A stretch of DNA of 64,000 nt from Eledone cirrhosa (Eukaryota). The notes beneath the pieces are model-generated. The model worked only from the letters and a program-made list of their open reading frames with translations, made no database searches and was not told the origin of the DNA. The stretch covers positions 255,998,001 to 256,062,000 of the forward strand of contig OZ024740.1 in assembly GCA_964016885.1 (NCBI GenBank), in the 5' to 3' direction. Of the stretch, positions 44,160 to 57,314 are shown one piece after another; within the stretch, counting starts at the first letter, position 1; the number at the start of each line of letters is the position of its first letter. A program made the translations under genes and the position numbers.

Positions 44160-44519
44160 GAAAAATAAAAAATAAAAATTACGGGCGAAAGAGGGGAAGA
44201 GACAAGATACCTCAGCCTAGGGCGAACAATAACTGAAATAAGTTATTGGGATAAAAAAGCAGGGGCGGGTGGGGGGTGAAGCAACGTAGGGTGAAGAGTG
44301 AAGCAACGTGAAGGGTGAAGCAACGTAAAGAGAGGAATTTTTGTTTGTCCCAATAACTTATTTTAGTTATTGTTCGCCCTAGGCTGAGGTATCTTGTCTC
44401 TAACGCGAAGAAATACCTATGATTCCTAGTAGACAACTGACGATGGAAATTCCCCTCTTTCGCCCGTAACTTTTATTTTTTACTTTTCATTATACTTAAT
44501 TGTAACCACACAGCTCGCC

Positions 44520-44520
<1 letters not shown>
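44155..44520. mobile_element. Inverted-repeat element (44155-44255 / 44345-44494) carrying a rearranged hammerhead-like motif
   Basis: Reverse-complement arms between (TA)n tracts; internal gggtgaagcaacgt repeats. Confidence 0.8.
44373..44443 (+). ncRNA. Candidate non-circularly permuted (pseudoknotted) hammerhead ribozyme
   Basis: TTCGC..AGGTAT-C-TTGTCT..GCGAA-GAAATACCT..AGACAA-CTGACGA; pairings covary with copies at 20378-20475 and 20933-20998. Confidence 0.62.
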
Positions 44521-44569
<49 letters not shown>

Positions 44570-44677
44570 GAAAGTGAACAACACATTATATAACTTCTCC
44601 ATTACCAGAGGTTTCAAGACCCTAGACAATATTAATATACGTCTAGATCGTTCATCAGACAGAGATGTTAACACACA

Positions 44678-44708
<31 letters not shown>

Positions 44709-44709
44709 G

Positions 44710-44796
<87 letters not shown>

Positions 44797-44861
44797 ATGT
44801 ATGTATATTATGGTTACGTAACCGAGGTTTGACCTTGAGTGCTTCAGTTTACAGAGTAAAC

Positions 44862-45356
44862 ATGACCTCTCCGCTAGCACTGTGGACCAAGGAAGAAAGG
44901 GGATTAGTGTCTTGATTTCTCTGATTTTAAAGTGTGCCATGGGGCTTCTAATACAATACAGGGACAGCGGTCTACTGCGTATAAGTGTGTATGAGTGGAT
45001 TGAGAAGTTTAAAAATGGTCGGAGAAGCGTGAATCACAATGAGGGAGCAGGATGCCCATCAACCTCCACCAGTGACGTGAAGATTCAACAAGCTCGAGAG
45101 CTGGTTCTTGTGAACCAGACGAGTGACCATTGATGAGGTGGCATGCTCTCTGCAAATTAGTCAGGGTTCTGCATACAAGATCATCTACAACAAGGTTCGC
45201 TTTCGTAAAGTCTGTGCAACATATGTGTCAAGAGAGCATAAACGCAATCGTGTGGAGATCCGTCAACGATTACCCGACCGGTACAACAATGAAGATGGAG
45301 ATTATTTTAGAGGGAATAGTCACAGGAGATTAGACCTGGGTTCATCACTTTGAGAT
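44862..45356 (+). pseudogene. Mariner transposase relic (HTH region to start of DDD domain)
   Basis: VYEWIEKFKNGR, G.PSTS, TIDEVA.SLQIS.GS, FRKVCA, IVTGD*TWVHHFE. Confidence 0.9.
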
Positions 45357-45500
45357 AGAATCCTAGGTACTTGAATTGTTCACTTCTTGAAGTAGACATC
45401 CGCTCAGCATGATGATTGCTGTATTCTGATAATGGCTATTAACAAGAATCTTGCTGCGGCTATTCTAAGTCGTCATATGTTAACAACTTAAAAAAACCCA

Positions 45501-45704
45501 TAGCGAAACTACTTGTAGAATCGGTAGAGTGTCGGACAGATTGCTTTGCGGTATTTCTTTAGATTCTTCATGTTCTCAGTCCAAATCCCGCCGACCTTAG
45601 CTTTGCCTTTCATCCTTCTGAGGTCGATTTAAAAGACATTCCTCTCCACCCCCACCTAAAAGACAAAATAACACTTGGGCCAAGTATCGAAATTAGAAAT
45701 TATA
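45501..45704 (+). mobile_element. Degenerate tRNA-derived SINE
   Basis: caaatcccgccga...ctttgcctttcatcc...gtcgat matches 27179 family. Confidence 0.75.
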
Positions 45705-45734
45705 CAAAAACATATGCTTTCATATACAACTATT

Positions 45735-45806
<72 letters not shown>

Positions 45807-45845
45807 TATTCTTTCTTTCTTTCTTCTTTCTTTTTTTATTTCCTT

Positions 45846-45953
<108 letters not shown>

Positions 45954-46270
45954 TTATATATATACATATGTATGTGTGTGTGTGTGCAAGTCTGGTGTCT
46001 GTGCGAATCTATTTGTTCGTATGTTTTTACACACACACACACAGACATAACACGATAATTATATATTTACATATATACAAAGAGAGAGGGAGAGAGAGAG
46101 AGAGAAAGAAAGAGAGAGATATGTTTGTACATATATATGTCTCTGTGTATGCGTGGGTTTTATATCCGTGTGCATCTTCCATAGTAAAAAGACGCACTAT
46201 TTAGCCTTAATAAAACGAATATTAAAACTCTGCTTCGGTATTGAGCACTCTTTTCTTTCAGCCCTCAACC

Positions 46271-46319
<49 letters not shown>

Positions 46320-46320
46320 C

Positions 46321-46701
<381 letters not shown>

Positions 46702-46723
46702 GTTTGTATATATATATATATGT

Positions 46724-47700
46724 ATAACGAAGGAAGTGTGGTAAGGAACCAGGTAGACCATAACACACTAGAGAGAAACATCACCAATAACCTGGCTAAA
46801 ACATTTCCCTCCGCATATCTCGCTTGTCCGCTAACGAGCAAATATTCGACGAACATGCGCCATATTACAATCAGGCCCTCAAGCGAAGCGGCTTCCGTTA
46901 AACCCTCCTCACGATGCTGAGGTTTCAACACCAATCGGGAAAATCTTCTTTAGACTCCTCGAAAAACACTTCCCACCACAACACCGCTACCACAACACAA
47001 TCAACAAAATTACTATCAAACTCTCCCACAGTACCACACCCAACTTCGCACAAAACATCGCCTCCTCAAACAACAAGAAACTCAACCCTTATGGAAGAAA
47101 CAACATAGACATTAGTGGAGAGCCGACCAGGAGGTGTAACTGCCCTGATAGATCAACGTGCCCCCTCAACAACAGATGCCGAGAACGTGAGGGCGGACAC
47201 CTCCAACAGAGCCTATATAGGATTAACCGCATGTGATTTTAAGAACCGGCTCTACCAACAGCGACATACGTTCAAAAACCCTGCCCGGCGACATCCAACT
47301 ACACTTTCGGGCCACATCTGGACCTCCAAGATAATAGCATAACATACAATCTTACTTGGAGCTTACTGTCCAGGGCTAAATCCTACTCGGGAGGACGCCG
47401 TCCGTGTAACTTACGCTCGGAGGAAACGATACAAATGCTGTTTACGAAGGACCAACTCCTAAGCAAAAAAGACGAACTTGTAACCGCATATAAACCACGA
47501 TTGCATAGGACTTACCTCGCCTTCAAACCCCCTCACGACTCGGGTGGGTTGACAATGGCTGTAACATCTTTCTTCTCCCCACTTGCCGAACAAGATAGGG
47601 GAAACCCCAGCATACATAGATAACCAAAAATGAACTTCAAGATAGGTCCAGCCGTCGAAAAGGCTTGAGCTCCGCCGTTAGGGTCCTGACTATTTTCCTA
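46724..47700 (+). mobile_element. Degenerate 5'-truncated Naiad-like PLE with short inverted terminus (46724-46768)
   Basis: AYIGLTACDFKNRLYQ, LLSKKDELVTA; 46724-46768 is reverse complement of family terminus 35482-35525. Confidence 0.82.
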
Positions 47701-47702
47701 TA

Positions 47703-47788
<86 letters not shown>

Positions 47789-47829
47789 TATATACATATG
47801 CACAAACATATATTTGTTTCTATATATAC

Positions 47830-47891
<62 letters not shown>

Positions 47892-47915
47892 ATATATATA
47901 TATATATATACATAT

Positions 47916-47957
<42 letters not shown>

Positions 47958-48272
47958 GTATATATAGAAACAAATATGTTTGTGCGCACGTGTGTGTGTG
48001 TGTGAGTGTGTATCCATGTGTATATCCGTGTGTGTTAGTGCGCATGTATATGTATCTGTGTATATATGCGTCTCTGTGAGTGTGTACACATGTATGCAAA
48101 TATATGTGTATATCCATGTATGTCAGTGCGCCTATATATGTTCGTGTGAATGCATGCGTGTGTGTGTTTGATCATGTATAGATAATACTCTACACGATAT
48201 TTGTCTCGCTGTTATCTAGTCCGACACATATCCGTTGTTGAGTCCTAAACGTTCTTCCGACTTTATCGGCTA

Positions 48273-48335
48273 GTCACGTGACATCCGGCTCGATCAACGG
48301 TCACGTGACCTGGCTTATCACCAGAAACTTCCGTT
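48273..48335. promoter_or_regulatory. Paired GTCACGTGAC E-boxes plus ETS-like site in a CpG-richer unique patch
   Basis: GTCACGTGAC at 48273-48282 and 48300-48309; ACTTCCG at 48327. Confidence 0.35.
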
Positions 48336-48575
48336 TCTCCAGTGCAAAAATTGCCGTCAAATTAATTAACTACTTACACCATTGGTCAACTCACATATAT
48401 TTTTACTGATCGACTTCTGCGAGATATCGTAATTACACCACAACACAACACAACCACCGCCCCGCCACCACCACTACCACCACAACCACTATCACCTCCT
48501 CTATAGTTTAGCTTCTATCTTTCTCTATCTGTGTCTCTCTATCCTTCTCTCTCTCTCTTTCATCTAAGTTTTAAC

Positions 48576-48621
<46 letters not shown>

Positions 48622-48625
<4 letters not shown>

Positions 48626-48958
48626 GAGGTTATATTTAATTTGTTGGGATTCAACAAGCTTAAACATTTTTATAACTGATATAAAGCTCTCAACAGATTA
48701 GTGGAGTAAATATACAATATATTAACAAATGGAAGTTATATTTATAAAACCATATATATTTTATTATACATATTTCAAGGGCCACCAAGGCAAATGATGC
48801 TGCGCTTTCATCAGATAAAATACATTATATTTAAAAATGTATTGTATTTTATCTGATGAAAGCGCACCATAATTTACCTTTGTGGCCCTTGAAATATGTA
48901 TAATAAAATATATATGGTTTTATAAATATAACTTCCATTTGTTAATATATTGTATATA
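48622..48958. mobile_element. Palindromic PLE-terminus element (arms about 48710-48825 / 48843-48958), HHR on both strands
   Basis: HHR 48757-48822 (minus) and 48845-48910 (plus); left arm extended to 48622. Confidence 0.88.
48845..48910 (+). ncRNA. Minimal type I hammerhead ribozyme
   Basis: TATTTTAT-CTGATGA-aagcgCAC...GTGgccctt-GAAA-tatgta-TA-ATAAAATA. Confidence 0.78.
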
Positions 48959-49528
48959 TATATTACGGGTATTTACTCCATTTTGTAAGCTGTTATAGCA
49001 TTTGATTATTTTCAGCGCCTTAGCATATAACATGTACAAATATTATGCTCTCAGCGCTTCGTGAATTTGAAACTTCGCATTTTGCTTACGATGTTTGATG
49101 AAATTTCAAATAGCTGTTTGATTCAGCTCCTTTATTGGGTAAGATATTGTCAGAAATCGGTGGCTAGAGCACACAGCTGGTATCTGAGAAATACGAGGTT
49201 CATTCCCTTGTAGCGGCCGCTGGTAACTTCTTTTTTCACCTCTTTTTTAGATCTTAATTTGTTACTCCATTTTGTCTTTTGTTTTGTGTAACAGGTTAAG
49301 AAAGACGAGGAGGCAGAAAATATAAAGATAGTCATTGAGGAGGTCACAGAATATGTGACGAAAGACTTTAACGAACTAAACAATAACTAATAATAAAGAT
49401 AACCATCAAACATAACCATTACCAAATATAACATTATCCGTTTCAACTCATGCTTTCACATAAAGAATCTTGCAACAAAAACATAAACGTACACACACAC
49501 ACATACACGCACACACGCACACACACGC

Positions 49529-49611
<83 letters not shown>

Positions 49612-49855
49612 CGTATACATATACATATATATATATATAAGACATAGATGCATTGATATCGACATAACTGATTAGATACGTATTCATGCAACAGCTGTGA
49701 AAGGTCCAGCAGAAGAAAAAAATAAAATAAACAGGCACACACATATACACATATACACTGACATGCACAAATTAAGAAATTACTCCTCTGAAACACAAAA
49801 TTCATAAACTAACTCCCATCAACGCATAGACGCCAGAAGCTGGACGCATGTACAC

Positions 49856-49886
<31 letters not shown>

Positions 49887-50450
49887 CACACATGCTGTGT
49901 TGAACAATCCAATAGATCTTACTTAGTAACAGATTCCAATTAATTAACAGATCAGACCAGGATCAGTCCACATGAGTGACAACAACAACCACAGTAGCAG
50001 CAACAGAAATAGCAATGTCATCAATAGCATGGACAATATCAGCGACAGTACCAACAACATCAAGACCAGCGTGCCTTGCTAAATGTTGACATCTAATATA
50101 TCACTGTTTTTGTGTGTGAAACATTTCGACAAATAGATAGCGATAAAATATGTGCCAGGCATGAAACAACAAATATTCAGGTCGAAATGATTATCTAAAT
50201 TCTTTGAAAGTGTTGCTACAACATGGCTGCAGTCTAATGAATGAAACCAATAAAAAATATAAGAAGCTATATGAACTTTCAGAAGATAGTCTCTGATCGA
50301 AAAAAACTAGAAAAAAGAGATGAGGCTTTGGGGAGAAAAAAAAAAGAAAGACAAACGAGTAAAAAGAACAGAAAAATCACCTGTGGTTACTTCATGGAAT
50401 ACACACAAACAAACACACTCAAATACCCTCCCCCCATATGTATGTATATA

Positions 50451-50825
50451 TATTGGGAGTAATTGTGGACAACAACATAAACTGGGCCTCTAATATAAAA
50501 AGCAAAGTTGACATGGCCCGCAAAATGTGTTCCTGGAATCTCAGAAGTTTCCAGACGAGAGATATCCACACCATTATCCTTCTCTTCTCCACTTTTACCC
50601 GACCCACCTTGAATACTGTGGTCCGCTGTGGTCTCCCCACACGAAACAAAGTATCATGAAAATTGAAGCACCTCAAAGGTCAATTACAAAAATAATAGAT
50701 GGCATGACAGGCCTTGACTATTTGGATCGACTAGAAAAGCCCAAACTGTATTCTATCCAACTTTATTCTCTCCAACATCGCCGTGAGCGCTACATCTACA
50801 TGATGTGGAAAATATTACATCATTA
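50451..50825 (+). pseudogene. CR1/L2-group LINE RT C-terminal fragment
   Basis: LGVIVDNN.NW, RP/HLEYC..LWSPH, IE.PQRS.TK, Y.DRL, LYSLQHRRER. Confidence 0.85.
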
Positions 50826-51294
50826 TAGATTAGAAGTGAAGAATTTAATCAAAGTTCATTCTTTAACATATGTTTCAATACCGTACGTCATGCAAAGACC
50901 ATGTTGAGAAAAATACTTTGGTAAGCAATCTTATTTTTGTTTGTATACTGGTCTACACAAACAAATTTTATCCGTACGTATCTTCATATGCGGTGCCCCA
51001 GCATGGCCTCAGCCGGATGGCTGAAACAGGTAAAAGAGTATATAATATATATATATATATATATATTAGAAAGTGAGGTTTTTTTTTTACAAAATGAAAA
51101 ATAACCGAGGTGTCCTACACGAGTGAAAGTATAAAGAAAAAGAGATGAAATCGAAAATGCAAATGGAGTCTTATTTTTTTTTTTTTTTTTTTTTAAATAA
51201 AAATATATATATTTATTTGGTTCCTTTACCGGTTTCGCAGTTCTTCTGCTTTTCAAAAGGTGAGTTGAGATGGAGGGTCTGTGGTTTTTCTCAC

Positions 51295-51791
51295 ATTATA
51301 TATATATATATTATATATATATATTATTTATATATATAATATATATATATTTATATATTTATATATTATTATATATATATATATATTATATATATATATA
51401 TATATTTATATATTATTTATATATATAATATATATATATATAAATAATATATACATATAATATATATATAAATATAATATATATATATATAATATATATA
51501 TATAATATATATATATAATATATATATATATATAATATATATATATAATATATATATATAATATATAATATATATATAATATATATATATAATATATATA
51601 TATAATATATATATATAGATTATATATATAATATATATATATATAATATATAATATTTATAATATATAATATATATAATATATAATATATAATATATAAT
51701 ATATAAATATATAATATATATAATATATATATATATAATATATATAATATATATATATATAATATATATAATATATATATATATAATATAT

Positions 51792-51860
<69 letters not shown>

Positions 51861-52080
51861 TATATATATAATATATACATATATATATATATATAATATA
51901 TATATATATATAATATATATATAATATATATATATAATATATATATATATATAATATATATATAATATATATATATATATAATATATATATATATATAAT
52001 ATATATATAATATATATATATATATAATATATATAATATATATATATATATAATATATATATATATATAATATATATATA

Positions 52081-52134
<54 letters not shown>
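51295..52134. repeat. About 840-bp interrupted (TA)n tract
   Basis: Almost pure A/T with periodic AA phase breaks. Confidence 0.95.
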
Positions 52135-52136
<2 letters not shown>

Positions 52137-52180
52137 AGAAAAAATTTACGAAATGGAAATGCGGGTATATAGAATTTATT

Positions 52181-52297
52181 AGGTAACAATTGTTTCTATA
52201 GTGTATGAGTTACCTATACCTCGCTACTTGAATAATACACAAATATTATCAAAAACCGAAAGTACACTGTAAGCCAACACACCATGTCATCAGACCT
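52181..52297 (-). ncRNA. Type I hammerhead with about 90-nt stem II domain
   Basis: AGGT-CTGATGA-cATGGTGT...ACACTATa-GAAAC-aatt-GTT-ACCT. Confidence 0.7.
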
Positions 52298-52707
52298 TTG
52301 TATTAGAATGATATGAAAATATTTTATACACTAGATAAAAGATAAAGAAGGAGGTAGGAAGAGAAGGGGAAGAGGGAAGTGAGTAAGGTGGAGGGAGTCT
52401 TAGGGTTTAAGACTGTCAGACTAGTAGAGATTGTGAAGAGAGAATGTTTTGGCAGCAGTTAGCTTAATGAGGCGTGCTAAGGTTGGCTGGGAAGTAGATT
52501 CTTCTAGTGGTGTTGTTCGGACAAAATTTAGTTAGAGGGGTCAAAGTGGTACAGTGTCACAGACAAGTTATTAGGGCTATTATAGTAGCAGGTTATTTCT
52601 AAAGGGGTCCAGAAAAACAGTGTTTAGTACTATTATTATAGAAAGCCATATCTAGTGTATAAACATATAAGACAGAAATTTGCAAACGTTGGTGTAAAAA
52701 GGTAACA

Positions 52708-54835
52708 CTATATGCATTTAAAAAAAGAAAAAGTCGTTTTCAAACGATGGTTACAGTATAGAGAACGTTCAATTTTGCTGTTCAAAAGTTTGTTTACCGA
52801 CGTTAAAATGCAGTATATCTCTAAATTGCATAACTTGCAGAATCGATGATTTTGCTGATATGCAGGCGCAGCTGCAATAATTTGCCAATCGAGGGAGAAC
52901 GCTTGATTGTTCCTCCGAAGCTGCCAGGCTTTATCGGCGAGGGTTGTTACGGAACGCATTTTCTCGTGCCTGATCGAAGATCGATGTTGGTATAGGCGAG
53001 CCTTGAAAGAAGTTGCGGTACATCCGACGTAATACTATTTGTTGGTCCCGGAATTTATTGTACACCGGTAGACAATATTGCGTGCTAGGCACTGGTTATT
53101 CAGTGGGCACGTACCTGGTTTGGTGCAGTTACAACTATTTTTATGTTTTGCAGTAGAATCCTGGATAGTTTGGTGGGGTTGTGGTTGCGTGTTAGTGCGT
53201 TGTATGTTGCTATGCTGGTGCGCTGAGTCATTAGGGATGTACTTATTCAGTATTGCTGAGTTGAGTTTTCTAATTAGTTGTTCTATGTTAGGTGCAGTGG
53301 AGTATGAGAGTCTAATGGTGCGCGAGTTAAAGATTTTATAGTATTTATGTGAAGTTGTAAAGTGTTTATTGATTAGTGTATAGAATTGTGAGATAATCTT
53401 AGTGCTAATAGAAGAATTGTACACGGGGTTATACCATATGTACTCTCTACGTCTGACTCTATTTGCTGGTTTGTACCTGTTAGTATGCCTATTGATGTGT
53501 GTGTGTGGTGCAATACTAGTTCGACTTAGATGTGTTTTATTCATAGTACTTATGTGGTTATCGTCTAGATATTCAATTTTCTCGCAGTAACCAGCTTTTC
53601 TAAGTGCGTCATTATAATATTCAGCATGCTCGTTGAAGGTCTGCAAATTAGACGACAGTCGGGAGATCCTTATGGATATATTTTTAGGGATAGATTTAAT
53701 AATGGAATGAAGATGGTTCGATTTTACATTAACGTACTTAAGATTTTCATTAAGTTTGTGAAATGGCTCTATATTACCGTTATTAAGGTTGAAGGTGACA
53801 CCCAAGAAGTTGACCACCTTAAGATTGTGTTCAAAGGTAATATTAAGCCCTAGTTCTAAGAAAAGTTTCCTAATGTTTTTACGTCGCCTTTCTAGGTTTT
53901 GTTTGTTCATATTCCTGACTAATAGAAGTGTATCGTCGCGGTATATTCCGCCGTGGAGGTCCGTAAATTCGCTCTGGAGTCTATGGGCTATATAGATCCC
54001 AACCAAATCCGTGACCTCCGCCGAATCATTAGAACCCATCGTAATGTCGAATTCCGAGGGTCTATCCCTGCGGACCCAATAACTATTTTCAAAGTGCACT
54101 ACTGTGCGTCTAGCTTCAAGTATAATATTAATTTCCTCGTTTGTGAGGTCCGAGTTAGTCTTAGCGAAAGAGAGGGCCTTATGCAGGGTTTCGGGTGAAA
54201 TAGAGGAATAGTATTCATCTATATCGAATTGAATAAAAGAAGATTTGTTTTTGTCCCTAATGTTATTGAACCATCTTATTGCCTGATGAGTATTACCCCA
54301 TAATTTAATATCTACCTTAGCCTTAACTTGGGGGATAATACGATCTAATATGTACTTACTATATCGGACTTTGAAGGACATATTAATCTAATTTTAGGGT
54401 TAGTATCGAAGTTATCCTTATGGTCCTTCAGATTAAAAGTCGGTGTAGCTGGGGATAGGGGTACCGTTCTGTCGTCAATTTTCAGTTTCCTAACAATATC
54501 ACATGCTGCGTTATTAATGTTGGTTAGTGTAGTTGCGTTTGTTTTTTTGTACTTCCTATGTAATTCCTTACGTATAAAATTGTTATATGTTTCTACATCC
54601 AGGGTGTATAGATTCGAAGTTTTGTCTGCCTTTATGATAATTCCTTTGGTATTCCTTAGGTTGTTGAGTAGAGTTTTAATATCTCGTTGCAGTTCGTTTT
54701 TCCTTCCGTTTGTAAATTTGATTCCGGTTATCATTTTCATTAAGTCCTGTTCGAAAGAATCTAAAAGAGGGTTAGAAGGTGGGTTTTTGTAGGATTTGAA
54801 ACTAAACTTCTCGTTGTTGGTGTCCGAAGTTTGTG
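52708..54835 (-). pseudogene. PLE RT plus GIY-YIG ORF with one frameshift (about 54360) and one TAG (53035)
   Basis: IIIKADKT, RLICPSKSDI, FIQFDIDEYY, FDITMGSNDSAEVTDLVG, GIYRDD, CNCTKPGTCPLNNQC, NIVY...YYVG, CKLC...CNH. Confidence 0.93.
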
Positions 54836-54859
54836 TAATATATATATATATATATTATA

Positions 54860-55370
54860 TTTCGTTTCTGAATTTGTTTAGCAAGATTCTTTATCTGAAA
54901 ACGTGTGTTGAAATCGATATTGTTATACTTTGGGAGGGTCATGTTGCCAATAAGAAACACACGCACCAGTTGCTTTCACTTCAATTTATTATAATAAATT
55001 TATAAATTTAGGAATTTATAAATTTCCGGTTGGTTGGTTGGTTCCACAACCAGATGGTTGTTTATATATTGTCAAAGTTCTTTCGTCACACATTCTGTGA
55101 CCTCTTCAGTGACTGTGGATTCTTTTCTTTGTTTTTGTGCCTCTCCTTTGTTCTGTCTTACGCCATCTTGTTTCTGTGTGTGTGTTCTGTGTGTGTGACG
55201 AAAGAACTTTGACAATATATAAACAACCATCTGGTTGTGGAACCAACCAACCAACCAACTGGAAATTTATATATTCCTAAATTTATAAATGTATTATAAT
55301 AAATTGAAGTGAAAGCAACTGGTGCGTGTGTTTCTTATTGGCAACATGACCCTCCCAAAGTATAACAATA
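54860..55370. mobile_element. Palindromic PLE-terminus element of the 1-530/2456 family (arms 54918-55092 / 55190-55370), HHR 55071-55113 minus
   Basis: Reverse-complement arms; left arm extended to about 54860. Confidence 0.85.
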
Positions 55371-55374
55371 TATA

Positions 55375-56610
55375 TATTACATTTCCCCCTTCACCATAAA
55401 TATAACAACAATTTTAACAGAAACTGTGTCAAGATTCGCTATTCTTGCAGTCCTTCCATAAAATCGAAAATCACCACCAGAAAAACTGACAGAGGAATCC
55501 CAGGATGTTCATGCAGAAACCCAGGTGAATGACCTTTGAAAGGCAAATGCAACATCAAATCTGTTGTATATGAGGCAATTATAAGACCTATTCACACCAA
55601 CCAGCCTTCTACCGGAGAACCTTATGTTGGCAATACCCAGGATACCTTTAAAAAAAGATACTATGCACACGTCACTTCCTTTCGACACCAGGATAAAAAG
55701 AAAACTACGGCACTGGCAAATAGAGTGTGGGAGATAAAAGAACGTGGGATCCCATATGAAATTGATTGGTCTATTTTAGACCAATCAAAGTGGTTGCGTG
55801 TGTATGTATATATGTATTTATGTGTGTGGTTATCTGCGTGTGTTCATTTGTATTTTTGCATGCTCCAAGCTGTTTATACTTCCACTGGACACATACATGT
55901 ATGTTTCTATATCTAGTTTTGCGTATCTGATTGTATTTATGTATAACCTGTGTGACGTCTCCGTTTCATTTCGTATATATATATATACGAAATGATACGG
56001 AGACGTCACACATATATCGCACAGACACAGATGTTTATACATTTGCGTCTGTGCTATATAAACATATATATTTATATATGCATGTATATATATATATATG
56101 TGCATATGATATATGTGAGTGTGTATATGTATTTGTATTTGTCTGTCTATGTTTTTATATGTGTGTGTGTGTGTATCTGTATATATGCGTATGTATATGT
56201 TTATGTCCGTGTACATGTATGTTTGTATATATATATGTATATATACATGTATGTATACATATATATATCTGAATGTGTGTATGTGTGTGTATATGTATGT
56301 ACGCATATGTCTTTTTCTATATTACTATATATTTTTATTTTTTATATATTATTTTTCTTACCTTTTTTTCTTATGTATATTTCCCGTTATTTTTCTAGCC
56401 TCACTTCCAATTTTTAACAGATTTTAAATCTCATTTCATATCTTTTATCTATAACATCTCCTCTGTCTGAGGACCCGTCCATCGTCTGTGATCCAGAAAC
56501 CTTTGGTAATAGGTTAGTTATATTTTGTGTTGTTCACTTTCTAATTAAATAGCTCTGTTCTATACACAGAACACTCTTTTTTCCTTTGCTTTTCCTTCGG
56601 AATTACCTAA
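55375..56610 (+). mobile_element. Deleted Naiad-like PLE (EN fragment 55375-55790, relative of 25876 element) plus terminus with HHR 56463-56512
   Basis: GKCNIKSVVYEA...EPYVGNTQD; CTGT-CTGAGGA-...-GAAACC-ttt-GGTA-ATAG. Confidence 0.8.
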
Positions 56611-56618
56611 CATATAAA

Positions 56619-57000
56619 CTAGCCGAGGCACCCGGCTTCGCCCGGGAGAACAGTTAAGAGATGAGAAGACGGATTAAAGAGAAAACGACTGTATTGGATG
56701 TGTTGTCTGGTATAAGGTGAGACCGTAATGTGTGTGAGTGTGTGTGTGTGTGAGTGTGTGTGGGGAGACATAAAAAAAATAACCATAAAACTTCCTTATT
56801 AGGCTGGGGGAGTAAACTGCCAATTAAATTGTACCATTGGCCTTGGATTTGAAATGTGAAATAACCATAGTCAGTATGATCTTTTTCAGCTCCAAAGGAC
56901 GTCATCTGAAACACAGCAATATATCACATAACATTGCTTGTGAAGTGTTTAGCTTCGTTAGTAATGTCTGTAAGTAGTATATGAATAAAAGCTGAGGGGT
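56619..57000 (-). mobile_element. Helitron 3' end with RepHel N-terminal coding fragment (about 56790-56975)
   Basis: CCCGGgcgaagCCGGG hairpin plus CTAG|T; FQMTSFGA...FQIQGQWYNLIGSLLP motif. Confidence 0.82.
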
Positions 57001-57314
57001 AGATTAATTTCAAATGGTATAAATTTTTCTTTGTTCTGTAAAATAAAAGACTGTAAAACGACTTTATAAAAGCTAACGCAATATTGTTAAACTTTCAACA
57101 GATACTCTCTCACTGTGAATATCTAACACTTTAATTGTATCTCTCTCTGTATAATGGCCTATCTCTTTCTTTCAGCCTTTCCCTCTGTGTCTTTCTCTCT
57201 CTTTAGATGTGTGAGTATGTATTTGCGTGTGATTCAACCAACCAATAAATATATATCTTTTAAATTACATTATATTATTATATTATATTATATATATCTA
57301 TGTATATATATATA

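Larger units (their letters stand above)
52135..54838 (-). mobile_element. Naiad-like PLE, longest copy in window, 5'-truncated into (TA)n
   Basis: Coding 52708-54835, 570-bp 3' UTR with HHR. Confidence 0.92.
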
